Shown here: in pieces, positions 19,537 to 29,243 of the stretch
Layout: the number at the start of each line of letters is the position of its first letter
Position numbering within the stretch: position 1 is the first letter of the stretch
Made by a program: the position numbers and the translations under genes
Assembly (NCBI GenBank): GCA_963762145.1
Contig: CAVXJS010000014.1
Coordinates: 64,001 to 128,000 of the forward strand
Origin: an uncultured Candidatus Rokubacteria bacterium
GTDB taxonomy: Bacteria; Methylomirabilota; Methylomirabilia; Rokubacteriales; CSP1-6
Direction of reading: 5' to 3'
DNA length: 64,000 nucleotides
Notes under the pieces: model-generated
What the model saw: only the letters and a program-made list of their open reading frames with translations
What the model was told of the DNA's origin: nothing
Databases searched by the model: none

Positions 19537-20652
19537 ATGAAGATCAGCCACATCAGCGTCAGCACGCTGCCGGTCCTGCATCGCTTCGGCGGCGCCATCG
19601 AGCGACGCATCGTCGAGATCGCGCAGGAGCAGGCGCGGCGCGGGCATCGCGTCAGCGTGTACTCGGTCGGCGATACCGCCGAGACGCGCGAAGTGAACGG
19701 GGTGACCTATCGATTCCTGCGATGCCGTACGCGTCTGCCCTTCCGGCACCTGGAGTTTCAGTATCGGGTCGTGCGCGCGCTCCAGAGACGCTCCGAGGAT
19801 GTGCTGCACTTCCACAGCCAGCCGGAGGGCGCGTGGATGAGCCGGGCGGTGGCGGCCCGGAAGGTGCTCTCGTACGATTTCTTCCAGTTCCGCGGCGGTC
19901 GCGGGACGCCGCTCTACCACCTGTACAAGCGTGCGCTCCGCCGCTTCGACCTGCTCCTGCCGTGCTCGCAGTACTGTCTGGACGAGTCGCAGAGCTTCTG
20001 GAGCGTTCCCGCCGACAAGCTGCGGATCCTCTACAACGGAGTCAACACGCGGCAATTCCGGCCCGATCCCGCCGCGGCCGCGCTCGAGCGCGGGCGACTG
20101 GGCATCGACCGGAAGGTGATGCTCTACGTCGGCCGGGTCTGCGAGCAGAAGGGGAGTGACGTGCTGCTGCAGACCGCGAGGAGGCTCCGGGAGCGGCGCC
20201 GCGACGTGCAGCTCGTGATCGCGGGCCCGATCGGCCAGTTCGGCCGGAAGGACGACGCGGGCCGCTGGGCCGAGCGCATCGCGGAGGTCGGCGGCCTCTA
20301 CCTCGGCGCGGTCGAGGAAAGCCGGCTCAATGCGGTCTACAACCTCGCCGACGTCTTCGTGATGCCGACCCGCGTCAACGAGATGTTCGGCATGGCCGCC
20401 GTCGAGGCGCAGGCGTGCGGCAAGCCGGTCGTCTCCAGCGACTCGGGAGGCCTGAGGGAGGTGGTCCCGGCGAGCTGCGGAGCGCGCGTCGCGGTCGGCG
20501 ATTCGGCGACGATGGCGGACGAGATCGAGAAACTGGTGGACGATGCGGACCTCCATGCCGCCTGCTCCGCGAACGCGCTGAGCAACGCGGCGAGCTACGA
20601 CTGGACCCGTATCTGTGATGCGTGTGACGAGCTGTATCGGGCGGCGAGCTAG
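19537..20652 (+). CDS. Glycosyltransferase family 4
   Basis: GGAIE; YNGV; YVGR..KG; EMFGMAAVEAQACGKPVV. Confidence 0.92.
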   Translation: MKISHISVSTLPVLHRFGGAIERRIVEIAQEQARRGHRVSVYSVGDTAETREVNGVTYRFLRCRTRLPFRHLEFQYRVVRALQRRSEDVLHFHSQPEGAWMSRAVAARKVLSYDFFQFRGGRGTPLYHLYKRALRRFDLLLPCSQYCLDESQSFWSVPADKLRILYNGVNTRQFRPDPAAAALERGRLGIDRKVMLYVGRVCEQKGSDVLLQTARRLRERRRDVQLVIAGPIGQFGRKDDAGRWAERIAEVGGLYLGAVEESRLNAVYNLADVFVMPTRVNEMFGMAAVEAQACGKPVVSSDSGGLREVVPASCGARVAVGDSATMADEIEKLVDDADLHAACSANALSNAASYDWTRICDACDELYRAAS

Positions 20653-20668
20653 GGCACCGGAGACTCTC

Positions 20669-21607
20669 GTGAGCGAGCGCGTGTCGGTCACCATCGGCGT
20701 TCCGTTCCTCGACGCCCGTCGACACCTTGCCGACGCGGTGCGCTCGGTCTTCGCGCAGACCCACGAGGACTGGGAGCTGCTGCTGATCGACGACGGCTCC
20801 CGCGACGGCTCGGTGGACGTGGTACGGCCGATCGACGATCCGCGCGTGCGGGTGGTGAGCGATGGGAGCCATCGGGGCCTGTGCGCGCGGCTGAACCAGA
20901 TCGCGTCGCTGGCCCGAGGCACCTATCTGGCCCGGATGGACGCCGATGATCTCATGCACCCGGAGCGCATCGAGCGCCAGGTCGGGTTCCTGCGTGCGAA
21001 CCCGGACGTCGATCTCATCGATACCGCGACGTTCACGGTGGCCGACGACCTGACCCCGCTCGGGATGCGCGGCGATGGCCCGCTGGACGCGCGTCCGGAG
21101 GCGGTGCTTCGACACGGCCTCCTCATTCATCCGACCGTGATGGGCCGCGCGGAGTGGTTTCGCGGCAATCCGTACGATCCGGTCTACGTGCGGGCGGAGG
21201 ACCGCGAGCTGTGGAGCCGAACCTGCGCGACGACGCGGTTCGCCCGGCTGAGGTCGCCGCTGTTCTTCTATCGGGAAGACCCCGCCGGGAACTTGCGGAG
21301 CTATCTCCGCAGCGAGAGGACGGTGCGCGACGTCCTGCGTCGCTATGGGCCGCCGCTGGTCGGGGCGCGGCGTACCCGGTGGCTGGTGCTGCGCTCGCGG
21401 CTCAAGTCGGCGGTCTACCGCGTCGGCACGGGGCTCGGCCTGCAGGCCCGGCTGGTCAGAGGGCGAAATCGCCCGCTGGATCCGGCGGAGACCCGGGAGG
21501 CCCGCCGCGTGCTATCGGCGATCCGAGGCACGGCGGTGGCCGGGCTCGAGGGAGTCCTTCCCGAGGCCGCGGCCGCGCGGCCGGTTCCGGGCGGGGCGGC
21601 GGCATGA
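20669..21607 (+). CDS. Glycosyltransferase family 2
   Basis: IDDGSRD; ARMDADD (DxD); AED. Confidence 0.92.
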   Translation: MSERVSVTIGVPFLDARRHLADAVRSVFAQTHEDWELLLIDDGSRDGSVDVVRPIDDPRVRVVSDGSHRGLCARLNQIASLARGTYLARMDADDLMHPERIERQVGFLRANPDVDLIDTATFTVADDLTPLGMRGDGPLDARPEAVLRHGLLIHPTVMGRAEWFRGNPYDPVYVRAEDRELWSRTCATTRFARLRSPLFFYREDPAGNLRSYLRSERTVRDVLRRYGPPLVGARRTRWLVLRSRLKSAVYRVGTGLGLQARLVRGRNRPLDPAETREARRVLSAIRGTAVAGLEGVLPEAAAARPVPGGAAA

Positions 21608-22812
21608 AGCCGACGGTGCTGCACGTGACGACGGTTCCGATGACGCTGCGCTTTCTCGCCGGACACGTGGCCCACGCCAAGAGCAGGGGGTTCGAGGTCC
21701 ACGCGCTGTCCTCGCCCGGCGAAGCGCTGGACGCGTTCGGCCGTGACATGGGGATCGAGGTGCACGGGGCCCGGATGCCCCGCCGGATCACGCCGCTGGT
21801 GGACCTCGCGGCGCTGTGGCGCATCGTGCGGGTCATGCGGCGGGTGCGACCGACGATCGTGGATGCGCATACCCCGAAGGGGAGCCTCCTGGCGATGATG
21901 GCGGCCACGCTCTGTCGCGTGCCGGTGCGGGTGTATCACCAGCACGGGCTGCCGCTCGTGACCGCGACGGGACCGAGGCGGCGCATCTTGCGCTGGGCCG
22001 AGCGCACGACGTGCCGGTTGGCGCATCGGGTCGTCTGCATCAGCACGGCGCTTCGCGAGGTGCTGATCGCGGAAGGACTGTGCCCGGCGGAGAAGATCAC
22101 GGTGCTCGGGCACGGGAGCATCGACGGCGTCGAGGCGGGCGGCAAGTTCGACCCGAGCCGCGTCGCGACCGAGTCGGCGGAGGGTGCTCGCGCCCGGTAC
22201 GGAGTTCCGTCGGGCGCGCTGGTGCTGGGCTTCGTGGGGCGTATCGTCCGGGACAAGGGCCTCGTCGAGCTCGTCCAGGCGTGGCGCGTGCTGCGCGAGG
22301 AATGGCCGTCGCTACACCTGCTGGTGGCGGGGCCGTTCGAGAGCCAGGACCCGGTCCCGGCGGACGTGGAATCGACGCTGCGCCGCGATCCGCGCATCCA
22401 CCTGGCCGGCATGGTGCACGATATGCCCGGCGTCTATCGGATCCTCGATCTCCTCGTCCTCCCGACGTATCGCGAGGGCTTCAACACCGCGCTCCTGGAA
22501 GCGGCGGCGATGGAGCGGCCGGTGGTCGCGACGCGCGTGCCGGGATGCGTCGATGCGGTTCGCGACGGCGAGACCGGCCTGCTGGTGCCCGTGCGCGACG
22601 TGGTGGCCCTGACCGCGGCGATTCGCACGTACGTGGGCGACCCGGCGCTGCGGCGACGGCACGGCGCCAACGGCCGGGCGAGCGTGTTACGCGACTTCGA
22701 TCCCGGCGTGCTGCGTGAAGCCCTCTTTCGCGAATACCTGCGCCTGCTCGACGAGCGCGGCTGCGAGGAGATCGTGGCCCAGGTACGCCGCGTGTCGCGG
22801 GAGGCCGCGTGA
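21604..22812 (+). CDS. Glycosyltransferase family 4 (CapM-like)
   Basis: HTPK; FVGRIVRDKG; REGF..LLEAAAM.RPVVAT. Confidence 0.92.
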   Translation: MKPTVLHVTTVPMTLRFLAGHVAHAKSRGFEVHALSSPGEALDAFGRDMGIEVHGARMPRRITPLVDLAALWRIVRVMRRVRPTIVDAHTPKGSLLAMMAATLCRVPVRVYHQHGLPLVTATGPRRRILRWAERTTCRLAHRVVCISTALREVLIAEGLCPAEKITVLGHGSIDGVEAGGKFDPSRVATESAEGARARYGVPSGALVLGFVGRIVRDKGLVELVQAWRVLREEWPSLHLLVAGPFESQDPVPADVESTLRRDPRIHLAGMVHDMPGVYRILDLLVLPTYREGFNTALLEAAAMERPVVATRVPGCVDAVRDGETGLLVPVRDVVALTAAIRTYVGDPALRRRHGANGRASVLRDFDPGVLREALFREYLRLLDERGCEEIVAQVRRVSREAA

Positions 22813-24038
22813 AGACGATTCTGCCGCGATTGCCGTTCGTGGCGCTCCTCTGCATCGTGCCGTTTCCGGAGATCGTGGGCCTGCGGCTCGTCTGTCTCGC
22901 CGCCGCGTTCGCGCTCGTGGTGATCTCCTGGCGGGCGCTGGCCGTACCGCCACTCCCCTGCCGGTGGGCAATCGCGCTGTGGGCCGGCGTGGCGATCGCC
23001 TCGCTGGGGTCGGCGGTCGACCCGGCCTACAGTCTGGGCGAGATCACCAACGAGGTCGGCTACGCGCTGCTGGCGTTCGTCGCGTTCCTGGCCTGGACGC
23101 GGGACGAGACGCGACTGCGCGTCGCGGGTCTCGCGGTCCTGGCCGGATTCGCGGTGATCGCGGGGTCGGCCCTGCTCGGCGCCGACCTGCGGCACGGGGA
23201 ATGGCCGGCGGACGCGTACTACGGCGACGTCGGCGGCGTCAGCAACTATCTCGTCACGGTCGGGCCCGTTCTCGCGCTGGTGGTGGGGGTGGCCGGCCGG
23301 CGGCATGCGGGCAAGTGGCTGGTCCTGATGGGGGTGCCCTTCATCGCGGTCGCCGTGCTATCGGCTCAACGAGCCGTGTGGCCGGCGTTGGGCGTGCAGG
23401 CCGCGGTGGTCTGCGTGTGGCTCTGGCGGGTTCGCGCCGTCGCGGTCACCCCGGTTCGCGTGGTCCTGACGGGCACGATCGTGCTCGCCCTGGTGGGCGC
23501 CGGGGTCTATGCCAGCGACCGGTACCGCACCGGGGGCGATCCCGAATCGCCGGTGGCGATGGGGAAGGATCTGCGGCCCCAGGTGTGGAGAAGGGTCGGG
23601 GAGGAGATTCTCGCGCATCCGTTGACCGGGGCCGGGTTCGGGCGCGCGGTCATGGGCAAGGCCTACCCGGCGCTGCCTCCGGCCGAGCGCGAGGTGTTCT
23701 GGCATCCGCACAATCTGGTGTTCAACTACGGCATCGGCGCGGGCGTGCCGGGCATGGTGGCGGTGCTGGCCCTGTTCGGGACGATCGCGTGGCGCTTCTG
23801 GCAGCTGGCCGTTCGCGGAGGGCGTCTCACGCGGCTCTGCGGGCTCGCGGGGACGACGATGGTCGCCGGCGTCCTCGCTCGCAACATGGCCAACGATTTC
23901 TTCGTGCGTGACGGGGCGTTGTTGTTCTGGGCGCTCGCCGGGATGCTCTTCGGATATGCGCTGCGTCAGGAGTCGATGTCCGGGGACGGGCATGTGCGTC
24001 TTCCGGCCGATCGGCTGGCCGGGAAGAGGGCGGCTTGA
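22809..24038 (+). CDS. O-antigen ligase-like (Wzy_C) membrane protein
   Basis: Multi-TM; R.QVW..HPLTGAGFG; HPHN signature. Confidence 0.85.
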   Translation: MKTILPRLPFVALLCIVPFPEIVGLRLVCLAAAFALVVISWRALAVPPLPCRWAIALWAGVAIASLGSAVDPAYSLGEITNEVGYALLAFVAFLAWTRDETRLRVAGLAVLAGFAVIAGSALLGADLRHGEWPADAYYGDVGGVSNYLVTVGPVLALVVGVAGRRHAGKWLVLMGVPFIAVAVLSAQRAVWPALGVQAAVVCVWLWRVRAVAVTPVRVVLTGTIVLALVGAGVYASDRYRTGGDPESPVAMGKDLRPQVWRRVGEEILAHPLTGAGFGRAVMGKAYPALPPAEREVFWHPHNLVFNYGIGAGVPGMVAVLALFGTIAWRFWQLAVRGGRLTRLCGLAGTTMVAGVLARNMANDFFVRDGALLFWALAGMLFGYALRQESMSGDGHVRLPADRLAGKRAA

Positions 24039-24097
24039 TCACCGGCGCCCCGCAGTTCCGCATCTGGCCCGGCGCTCGCGGGAAGAGTCTTGGCCCG

Positions 24098-24742
24098 ATG
24101 GCTCCCGCGGTCAATGAGGACGGCATCGTCGTCATCGGCGCCGGCGGTCACGCCAAGGTCCTCATCGCCACTCTCGCCGCGGGCGGGTTCTCGATCGCGG
24201 GGGTGCTGGACGACGACGACACCAAGTGGGGGACGGACGCCCAGGGCACCCGCGTGGGCCGGATCGAGCGAGAGCGCGGGGGCAGCGGCGTCATCGGCAT
24301 CGGAGACAATGCGCAGCGCCGGGAGATGGCGAGAGCCTTGAACTTCGAGTGGCGGACGGTGGTCCATCCGGCCGCCTACGTGCACCCGGCGGCGAAGCTC
24401 GGGCGCGGCACCGTGATCTTTGCCGGGGCGATCGTGCAACCGGATGCGGTGATCGGCGACCACGTCATCGTGAATACGGGTGCCACCGTCGACCACGACT
24501 GCGTCATCGGCGACTACGCGCACCTGGCGCCGGGGGTACACCTCGCGGGTGCGGTGTACGTCGGCGAGGGCGCGTTTCTCGGCATCGGGAGCGTCGTGAT
24601 TCCGGGCGTCAAGATCGGACGCTGGAGCACGCTCGGCGCGGGCGCGGTGGCGATCCGCGATCTCGCGGACGGTGTCGTGGCGGTCGGCGTTCCCGCCCGA
24701 GCACGGCGAACGAGGAAGGCCCGGGAGGATAATCCGTCATGA
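24098..24742 (+). CDS. Sugar acetyltransferase (PglD/NeuD family)
   Basis: GAGGHAK; hexapeptide repeats; VDHDC; GVPAR. Confidence 0.93.
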   Translation: MAPAVNEDGIVVIGAGGHAKVLIATLAAGGFSIAGVLDDDDTKWGTDAQGTRVGRIERERGGSGVIGIGDNAQRREMARALNFEWRTVVHPAAYVHPAAKLGRGTVIFAGAIVQPDAVIGDHVIVNTGATVDHDCVIGDYAHLAPGVHLAGAVYVGEGAFLGIGSVVIPGVKIGRWSTLGAGAVAIRDLADGVVAVGVPARARRTRKAREDNPS

Positions 24743-25617
24743 GCTCCCTGACCCACGAGCAGCGTGCCCTCTTGCCCGACGACGCGGACGTGGCGTTCTA
24801 CGAGGCGAACGGGTACTACATATCGAAGGCGGGGGTCTTGCCCGATGCCCTGATCGACTCGGCCTTCGAGGGGGCCCAGCGCTTCTATCGAGGAGAGCGG
24901 GACGGGACCCTCCCCTTCGACACCGGGTTCTCCAACTGGAGATCGGGGGATGGGGACGGGCCGCGAAACAACGAGTTCGTCTCGCTGCAGAAGCGGGAGC
25001 TGAAGGACCTTGCCGTGTACCCTCTGCTGGGCGCGATCGCGGCGAAGCTGACCCGGAGCTCGGTCATTCGCGTGCTGGACGATCAGCTCATCTACAAGCC
25101 GTCCGATCCCGGGAACGCGGCGAGCACCGTGACCGGCTGGCACGCCGACCGGGCATACTGGGCGACCTGCAGCTCCGATCGGATGATCTCGGCGTGGATT
25201 CCCTTGCACTCCGTCGAGGTCACTCGCAGTCCGCTCGTGGTGATGGCCGGGAGCCATCGCTGGCAGGGCCTGCAGGACGTTCGGTTCTTCAATCAGCAGA
25301 ATCTCGGCGAGATCGAAGAGACGTTCCGCGCGCACGGCCGGGAGGTGCGCGTCGTCCCCATGACCTTGAGGAAGGGGCAGGTGAGCTTCCATCACGGATG
25401 GACGGTCCACGCCAGCTATCCCAATACGAGCGGCGAGCCCCGGCTGTCGTATGCGGTCCACTTCCAGGATGGCGACAATCACTATCACCCGTACCGCAAC
25501 GCCGAGGGGAGAGAGATCCACATCGTCGATGAACAGATGTGCCGCAAGCTCCCCAACGGCGATCCGGATTTCAGCGACCCGGACGTGTTTCCGACCGTCT
25601 GGACGGAGGGGCAATGA
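24739..25617 (+). CDS. Phytanoyl-CoA dioxygenase (PhyH) family Fe(II)/2OG oxygenase
   Basis: FYEANGY; YKP; WHAD..YW (HxD); SAWIPL; GSHRW; H.S.PN....R. Confidence 0.88.
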   Translation: MSSLTHEQRALLPDDADVAFYEANGYYISKAGVLPDALIDSAFEGAQRFYRGERDGTLPFDTGFSNWRSGDGDGPRNNEFVSLQKRELKDLAVYPLLGAIAAKLTRSSVIRVLDDQLIYKPSDPGNAASTVTGWHADRAYWATCSSDRMISAWIPLHSVEVTRSPLVVMAGSHRWQGLQDVRFFNQQNLGEIEETFRAHGREVRVVPMTLRKGQVSFHHGWTVHASYPNTSGEPRLSYAVHFQDGDNHYHPYRNAEGREIHIVDEQMCRKLPNGDPDFSDPDVFPTVWTEGQ

Positions 25618-26726
25618 TGGACTGTGCCCATCTGGAAGTCGACGATCCGCGATGGCGCGAAGCTCTGGGACGACTCCCCCACGATTTCTACCACCTGCCC
25701 GAGTATGTGCGGCTGGACGGCGAGTGGAACCAGGCTCGCCCGCGGGCTTTTCTGGCCCGGACCGGGGCCGAGGAGCTATTCATTCCGTATCTGCTGCGCC
25801 GGTGTGACGGCCTCTTCCCGGACGTCACGGTCGGCGACGCGGTGTACGACGTGGTCTCGCCGTACGGGTATCCCGGGTTGCTGCTGAGTGACGCGGCGCG
25901 GATGTCGCCGGGGTTCGCCCGGCAGGCTCTGCATCGGCTGAGCGAATCTCTGCGCGAGATGGGAGTGTGCTCCGCCTTCTTCCGCATGCATCCGCTGCTC
26001 AGCCACGGGCTGTCGGAGCTCTTTCCGGAGGGCGTGTTCACCCCCGCGGGCGAGACGGTCGCGATGGATCTGACCCTGGACGAAGGCAAATCGTGGAAGG
26101 GGATCCGGGAGGGGCACCAGTGGACGATCAAGAAATGCCAGAAGCGGGGCTTCGTGGCCCGGTCCGTGTCACTGCGCGACTCCCTCGAGGGCGTGATGGA
26201 GATCTACTGGGACACGATGGATCGGGTCCAGGCCAAGGAGTCGTACTACTTCGGCCGGGAGTACTTCGCCCGACTCGGGGAGATGCCGGAGCAGGTGCAC
26301 TGCTGGGTGGTGGAAGCGGAGGGCCGGCCGGCGGCGGCGTGCATCTTCTTCGAGTGTGGCGGGATCGTCCAGGCGCACCTGGGAGGCACCAGGTCGGAGT
26401 TCCTGAGCCAGTCTCCGTTTCACCTGCTCCTCTATTCCGCGGCGGGATGGGCGAGGTCTCGAGGCAATCGCTATCTCCACCTGGGGGGCGGGGTGGGCGC
26501 CTCGAACGACCGCCTGCTCCAGTTCAAGCTCGGGTTCTCCCAGTTGCGGTTCCCGTTCTCGACCCTGCGGCTCATCACCGATGAAGGGAAGTATCGCGAG
26601 CTGACCGCGCGCCGGGCGCGGGCCGCCGAGGTGCCGGTGGAGGAGTTTTCTCGCCGCGATTTCTTTCCCGCCTATCGGGCGCCCGCCGAGTCCTCGCTTC
26701 GAGGGGTGACGGGCTCCGGGTCTTGA
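25614..26726 (+). CDS. GNAT / FemAB-like acyltransferase
   Basis: DFYHLPEY; SPYGYPG; FFRMHP; LHLGGG; L.FK.GF. Confidence 0.82.
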   Translation: MMDCAHLEVDDPRWREALGRLPHDFYHLPEYVRLDGEWNQARPRAFLARTGAEELFIPYLLRRCDGLFPDVTVGDAVYDVVSPYGYPGLLLSDAARMSPGFARQALHRLSESLREMGVCSAFFRMHPLLSHGLSELFPEGVFTPAGETVAMDLTLDEGKSWKGIREGHQWTIKKCQKRGFVARSVSLRDSLEGVMEIYWDTMDRVQAKESYYFGREYFARLGEMPEQVHCWVVEAEGRPAAACIFFECGGIVQAHLGGTRSEFLSQSPFHLLLYSAAGWARSRGNRYLHLGGGVGASNDRLLQFKLGFSQLRFPFSTLRLITDEGKYRELTARRARAAEVPVEEFSRRDFFPAYRAPAESSLRGVTGSGS

Positions 26727-26730
26727 TCGC

Positions 26731-28749
26731 TCAGCAGGCCGGGCCCGGCGCGGGCGGGCCCGGCGCATACTCGATCGCGAAGATGCGCACGTCGTAGGGC
26801 GGAACGCGACCGGTGACCGTCACGCGTTGCCCGGCCCGCGCACAACCCGCCGTGGTGTCGGCGGTATACTCGCGAACTGCGGTGACCGCGCCGGGTATGT
26901 TCGCGGTGATCACCCCGTTCCAGGCCGAGTCCGAGTTGTTGATGACCGTGGTGATGATCTTGCCGGGCGCGCTCGAGAACATGTACTGAGCGCCGGGACC
27001 GGACACGACGGCGGGCGCGTGCTCGCGGTGCAGGTGGTCGAACAGCCGAACGCCGACCTCCAGGAAGCGATCGCGCGCGGTCGTCTGCAGATAGTCCGGC
27101 GTCGTGAGAATGACCCGGCCCGCCCCGACCGGGTTGGAGGTGATCAGCGGGGCGCCGTCACCGGTGGTCGCCAGCGCGCGAGCGGAGACGAGCGCGACGG
27201 GCTTGTAGCTGAACGGCGCCTCTGGGTACTGCGTGTCGTCCGATAGCCATCTCGAGGTGGTCCCGCGCACGTGGGCGCCGCCGAGGCGAACGCCGAGGAG
27301 CGCCTCGTCCGCGCCCGTCGCCTGTCTGACGTTGACGACGAGCGTTCCCCCGGCCTCCACCCACGACGTGAGGATCTGGCGCAAGCGGGCGTCGATGAGG
27401 ACGTCGCCGGTGAGGGCGATGACCTTGTATCGCCGGAGCGAGGTCGACGTCGCGGTGTTCAGCGTCACATCGAACGTGTCCCCCCAGCGCGTGAAGGGCA
27501 TCGGCTCGTAGGGCCGGGGATCGCGGCCGGACGCGAGAAACGCCTGGTAGCCCGCCGGGGTCGAGAAGGGTGCGCCGGGCAAGGTGCCGTGCCGCCAGTG
27601 GTTGGGATAGGCGAGCTTCAGGAAATTGTCGATCATGAAGTCGCCGGCCGAATAGGCGATGTCCTGATACCAGACCGCGTTCTGCTGGTTGTACGGCCCG
27701 TGCTTGGTGTCGAAGCCGCTGTGAGCGTCGAGCATCAATGCCATCGGGACCACCGGCGAGCCGACATCGGGATGTCGCCGGAGCGCGAAGTCCGCGAAGC
27801 GCTTCACGGCCAGTCCGAACGGATTCGGCGTCGACCCGCCCGGAAGGTAGTAGAGCGTCGGCTCGATCTGCAGGATGTGTGCGCCGGCCATGTAGGCCGC
27901 GTACATGTGGCGAAGCAGATAGCTCGGCGACCAGCCGCCGGTCTGCGTTCCCGCCGCGTCGAAGCTGGTCGCGGAGTCGGCCGCGGTTCGCCACGTCGAC
28001 AGGTCGATGCCCCACGGGCGATCGTATTGACGGCCCGCGCCGCGCATGAAGGCGATGCCGGTCGCGATATCACCGAGCTCGTCGACGCCCCGCTCGAGCA
28101 GGCCGACGTCGACTCCGAGCTCGTAGGCCGCGAAGGCATTCGGGGAATAATCGGTGACGGCGGCGAGGCGGCACGGGCGGGCGCTCGCGGGCTGGCGGAG
28201 GTAGCCGCCGAGCGGAGGGGAGCGATTGAGGTAGTGATCGGCGAAGCGCGCGTGCGCCTGTGCGCGCGTCAGCCCCGTGTATCGCGGCCGTCCGCCGGGG
28301 ACCCAGGCCCCACCGCCCTGGTCCCACTCGATCATCAAGCTCCAGAGATGGTTCCTGGTCGGCTGGGCCGCACAGATGCGCGCGGCGGCGAGGCGCTCGC
28401 TCTCGATCGAGGCGGCGGAGTGATTCTTGACGTGCGTGGCGCCCTGCAGATGAAAGTTGAGCCGCGCTCCGTGGCTCGTGACGAAGCGCTGCATGCCGGC
28501 GTCCGCCGGCGGCCAGAACGCCACCATGTTGGCCATGCGGTTCCGGAGGGTCACGCCGGCGTCGGGATTGGTGTAGCCGAGCGGGCCGTAGAACTCGGCC
28601 GAGAGGAAGAACGCCGAGCGTTCGGAGTCCGCGCGCGCCCCCGGCGGGTGGAGGGCGAGACACGACGCGACGACGAGCAAGCGCAGGGCGATCCCGAGCG
28701 GACGGCCTGGACCTTGCGGGCGAGCCTTGGGTTGCGCGATCTGCGACAT
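26731..28749 (-). CDS. Secreted glycoside-hydrolase-like protein (function uncertain)
   Basis: N-terminal signal from MSQIAQ; AFMRGA.RQY.RPWGID.S.W; C-terminal W.EAGGTLV segment resembling the GH42 trimerization domain. Confidence 0.55.
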   Translation of the reverse strand: MSQIAQPKARPQGPGRPLGIALRLLVVASCLALHPPGARADSERSAFFLSAEFYGPLGYTNPDAGVTLRNRMANMVAFWPPADAGMQRFVTSHGARLNFHLQGATHVKNHSAASIESERLAAARICAAQPTRNHLWSLMIEWDQGGGAWVPGGRPRYTGLTRAQAHARFADHYLNRSPPLGGYLRQPASARPCRLAAVTDYSPNAFAAYELGVDVGLLERGVDELGDIATGIAFMRGAGRQYDRPWGIDLSTWRTAADSATSFDAAGTQTGGWSPSYLLRHMYAAYMAGAHILQIEPTLYYLPGGSTPNPFGLAVKRFADFALRRHPDVGSPVVPMALMLDAHSGFDTKHGPYNQQNAVWYQDIAYSAGDFMIDNFLKLAYPNHWRHGTLPGAPFSTPAGYQAFLASGRDPRPYEPMPFTRWGDTFDVTLNTATSTSLRRYKVIALTGDVLIDARLRQILTSWVEAGGTLVVNVRQATGADEALLGVRLGGAHVRGTTSRWLSDDTQYPEAPFSYKPVALVSARALATTGDGAPLITSNPVGAGRVILTTPDYLQTTARDRFLEVGVRLFDHLHREHAPAVVSGPGAQYMFSSAPGKIITTVINNSDSAWNGVITANIPGAVTAVREYTADTTAGCARAGQRVTVTGRVPPYDVRIFAIEYAPGPPAPGPAC

Positions 28750-28766
28750 GCGGGGGCGGCGTGCTC

Positions 28767-29243
28767 CTAGCGAGAGATGCGTCCGGTGGCGCGCCGCCAC
28801 CGGGCCGGTACGCCGCGGTGCCCGAGGGCGCGATCGCCGATCGCGACGAGGAGGAGCCCGAGGACGAACCCGGCGACCCCGATCCGGACGCTCGTCGGCG
28901 TGCCGACGAGCCGCACGCCGAAGACGTCCAGGCTCAGCCCCAGATCGGCGGTCTCGGGCGGGGGCCAGATCGCGGTCGCGCCGAACGCGAGCGCGGCCGC
29001 CACCGGCAGCGCGAGTGCATGGAGGCCCATGGTGAGGGCCACGCGGCCCCAGATCTGCCTGGGGGGGCCGGGTCTCCAGCAGAACGCGGCCGCCGCGAGG
29101 CCCGCCCCGCCCCAGACGGCCAGCGCGACCGGAATCGTCATCGCGCCCGGCCGGGCCACCGCGAGGATGGTGGTCGCGAAGCCCACCGAGACGCCGCCGC
29201 ACACCAGGCCCGCCAGTGCCGCGGCGCCGAGGCTCCTGGTCAC
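28767..29243 (-). CDS. Small hypothetical membrane protein (about 4 TM)
   Basis: GTG 29243 overlaps dctM stop (GTGA); four hydrophobic stretches. Confidence 0.6.
   Translation of the reverse strand: MTRSLGAAALAGLVCGGVSVGFATTILAVARPGAMTIPVALAVWGGAGLAAAAFCWRPGPPRQIWGRVALTMGLHALALPVAAALAFGATAIWPPPETADLGLSLDVFGVRLVGTPTSVRIGVAGFVLGLLLVAIGDRALGHRGVPARWRRATGRISR

Noticed and set aside
8410-26726. EPS operon as a mobile element
   Set aside because: Codon usage looks slightly less GC3-biased by eye, but no flanking repeats, transposase or integrase were found
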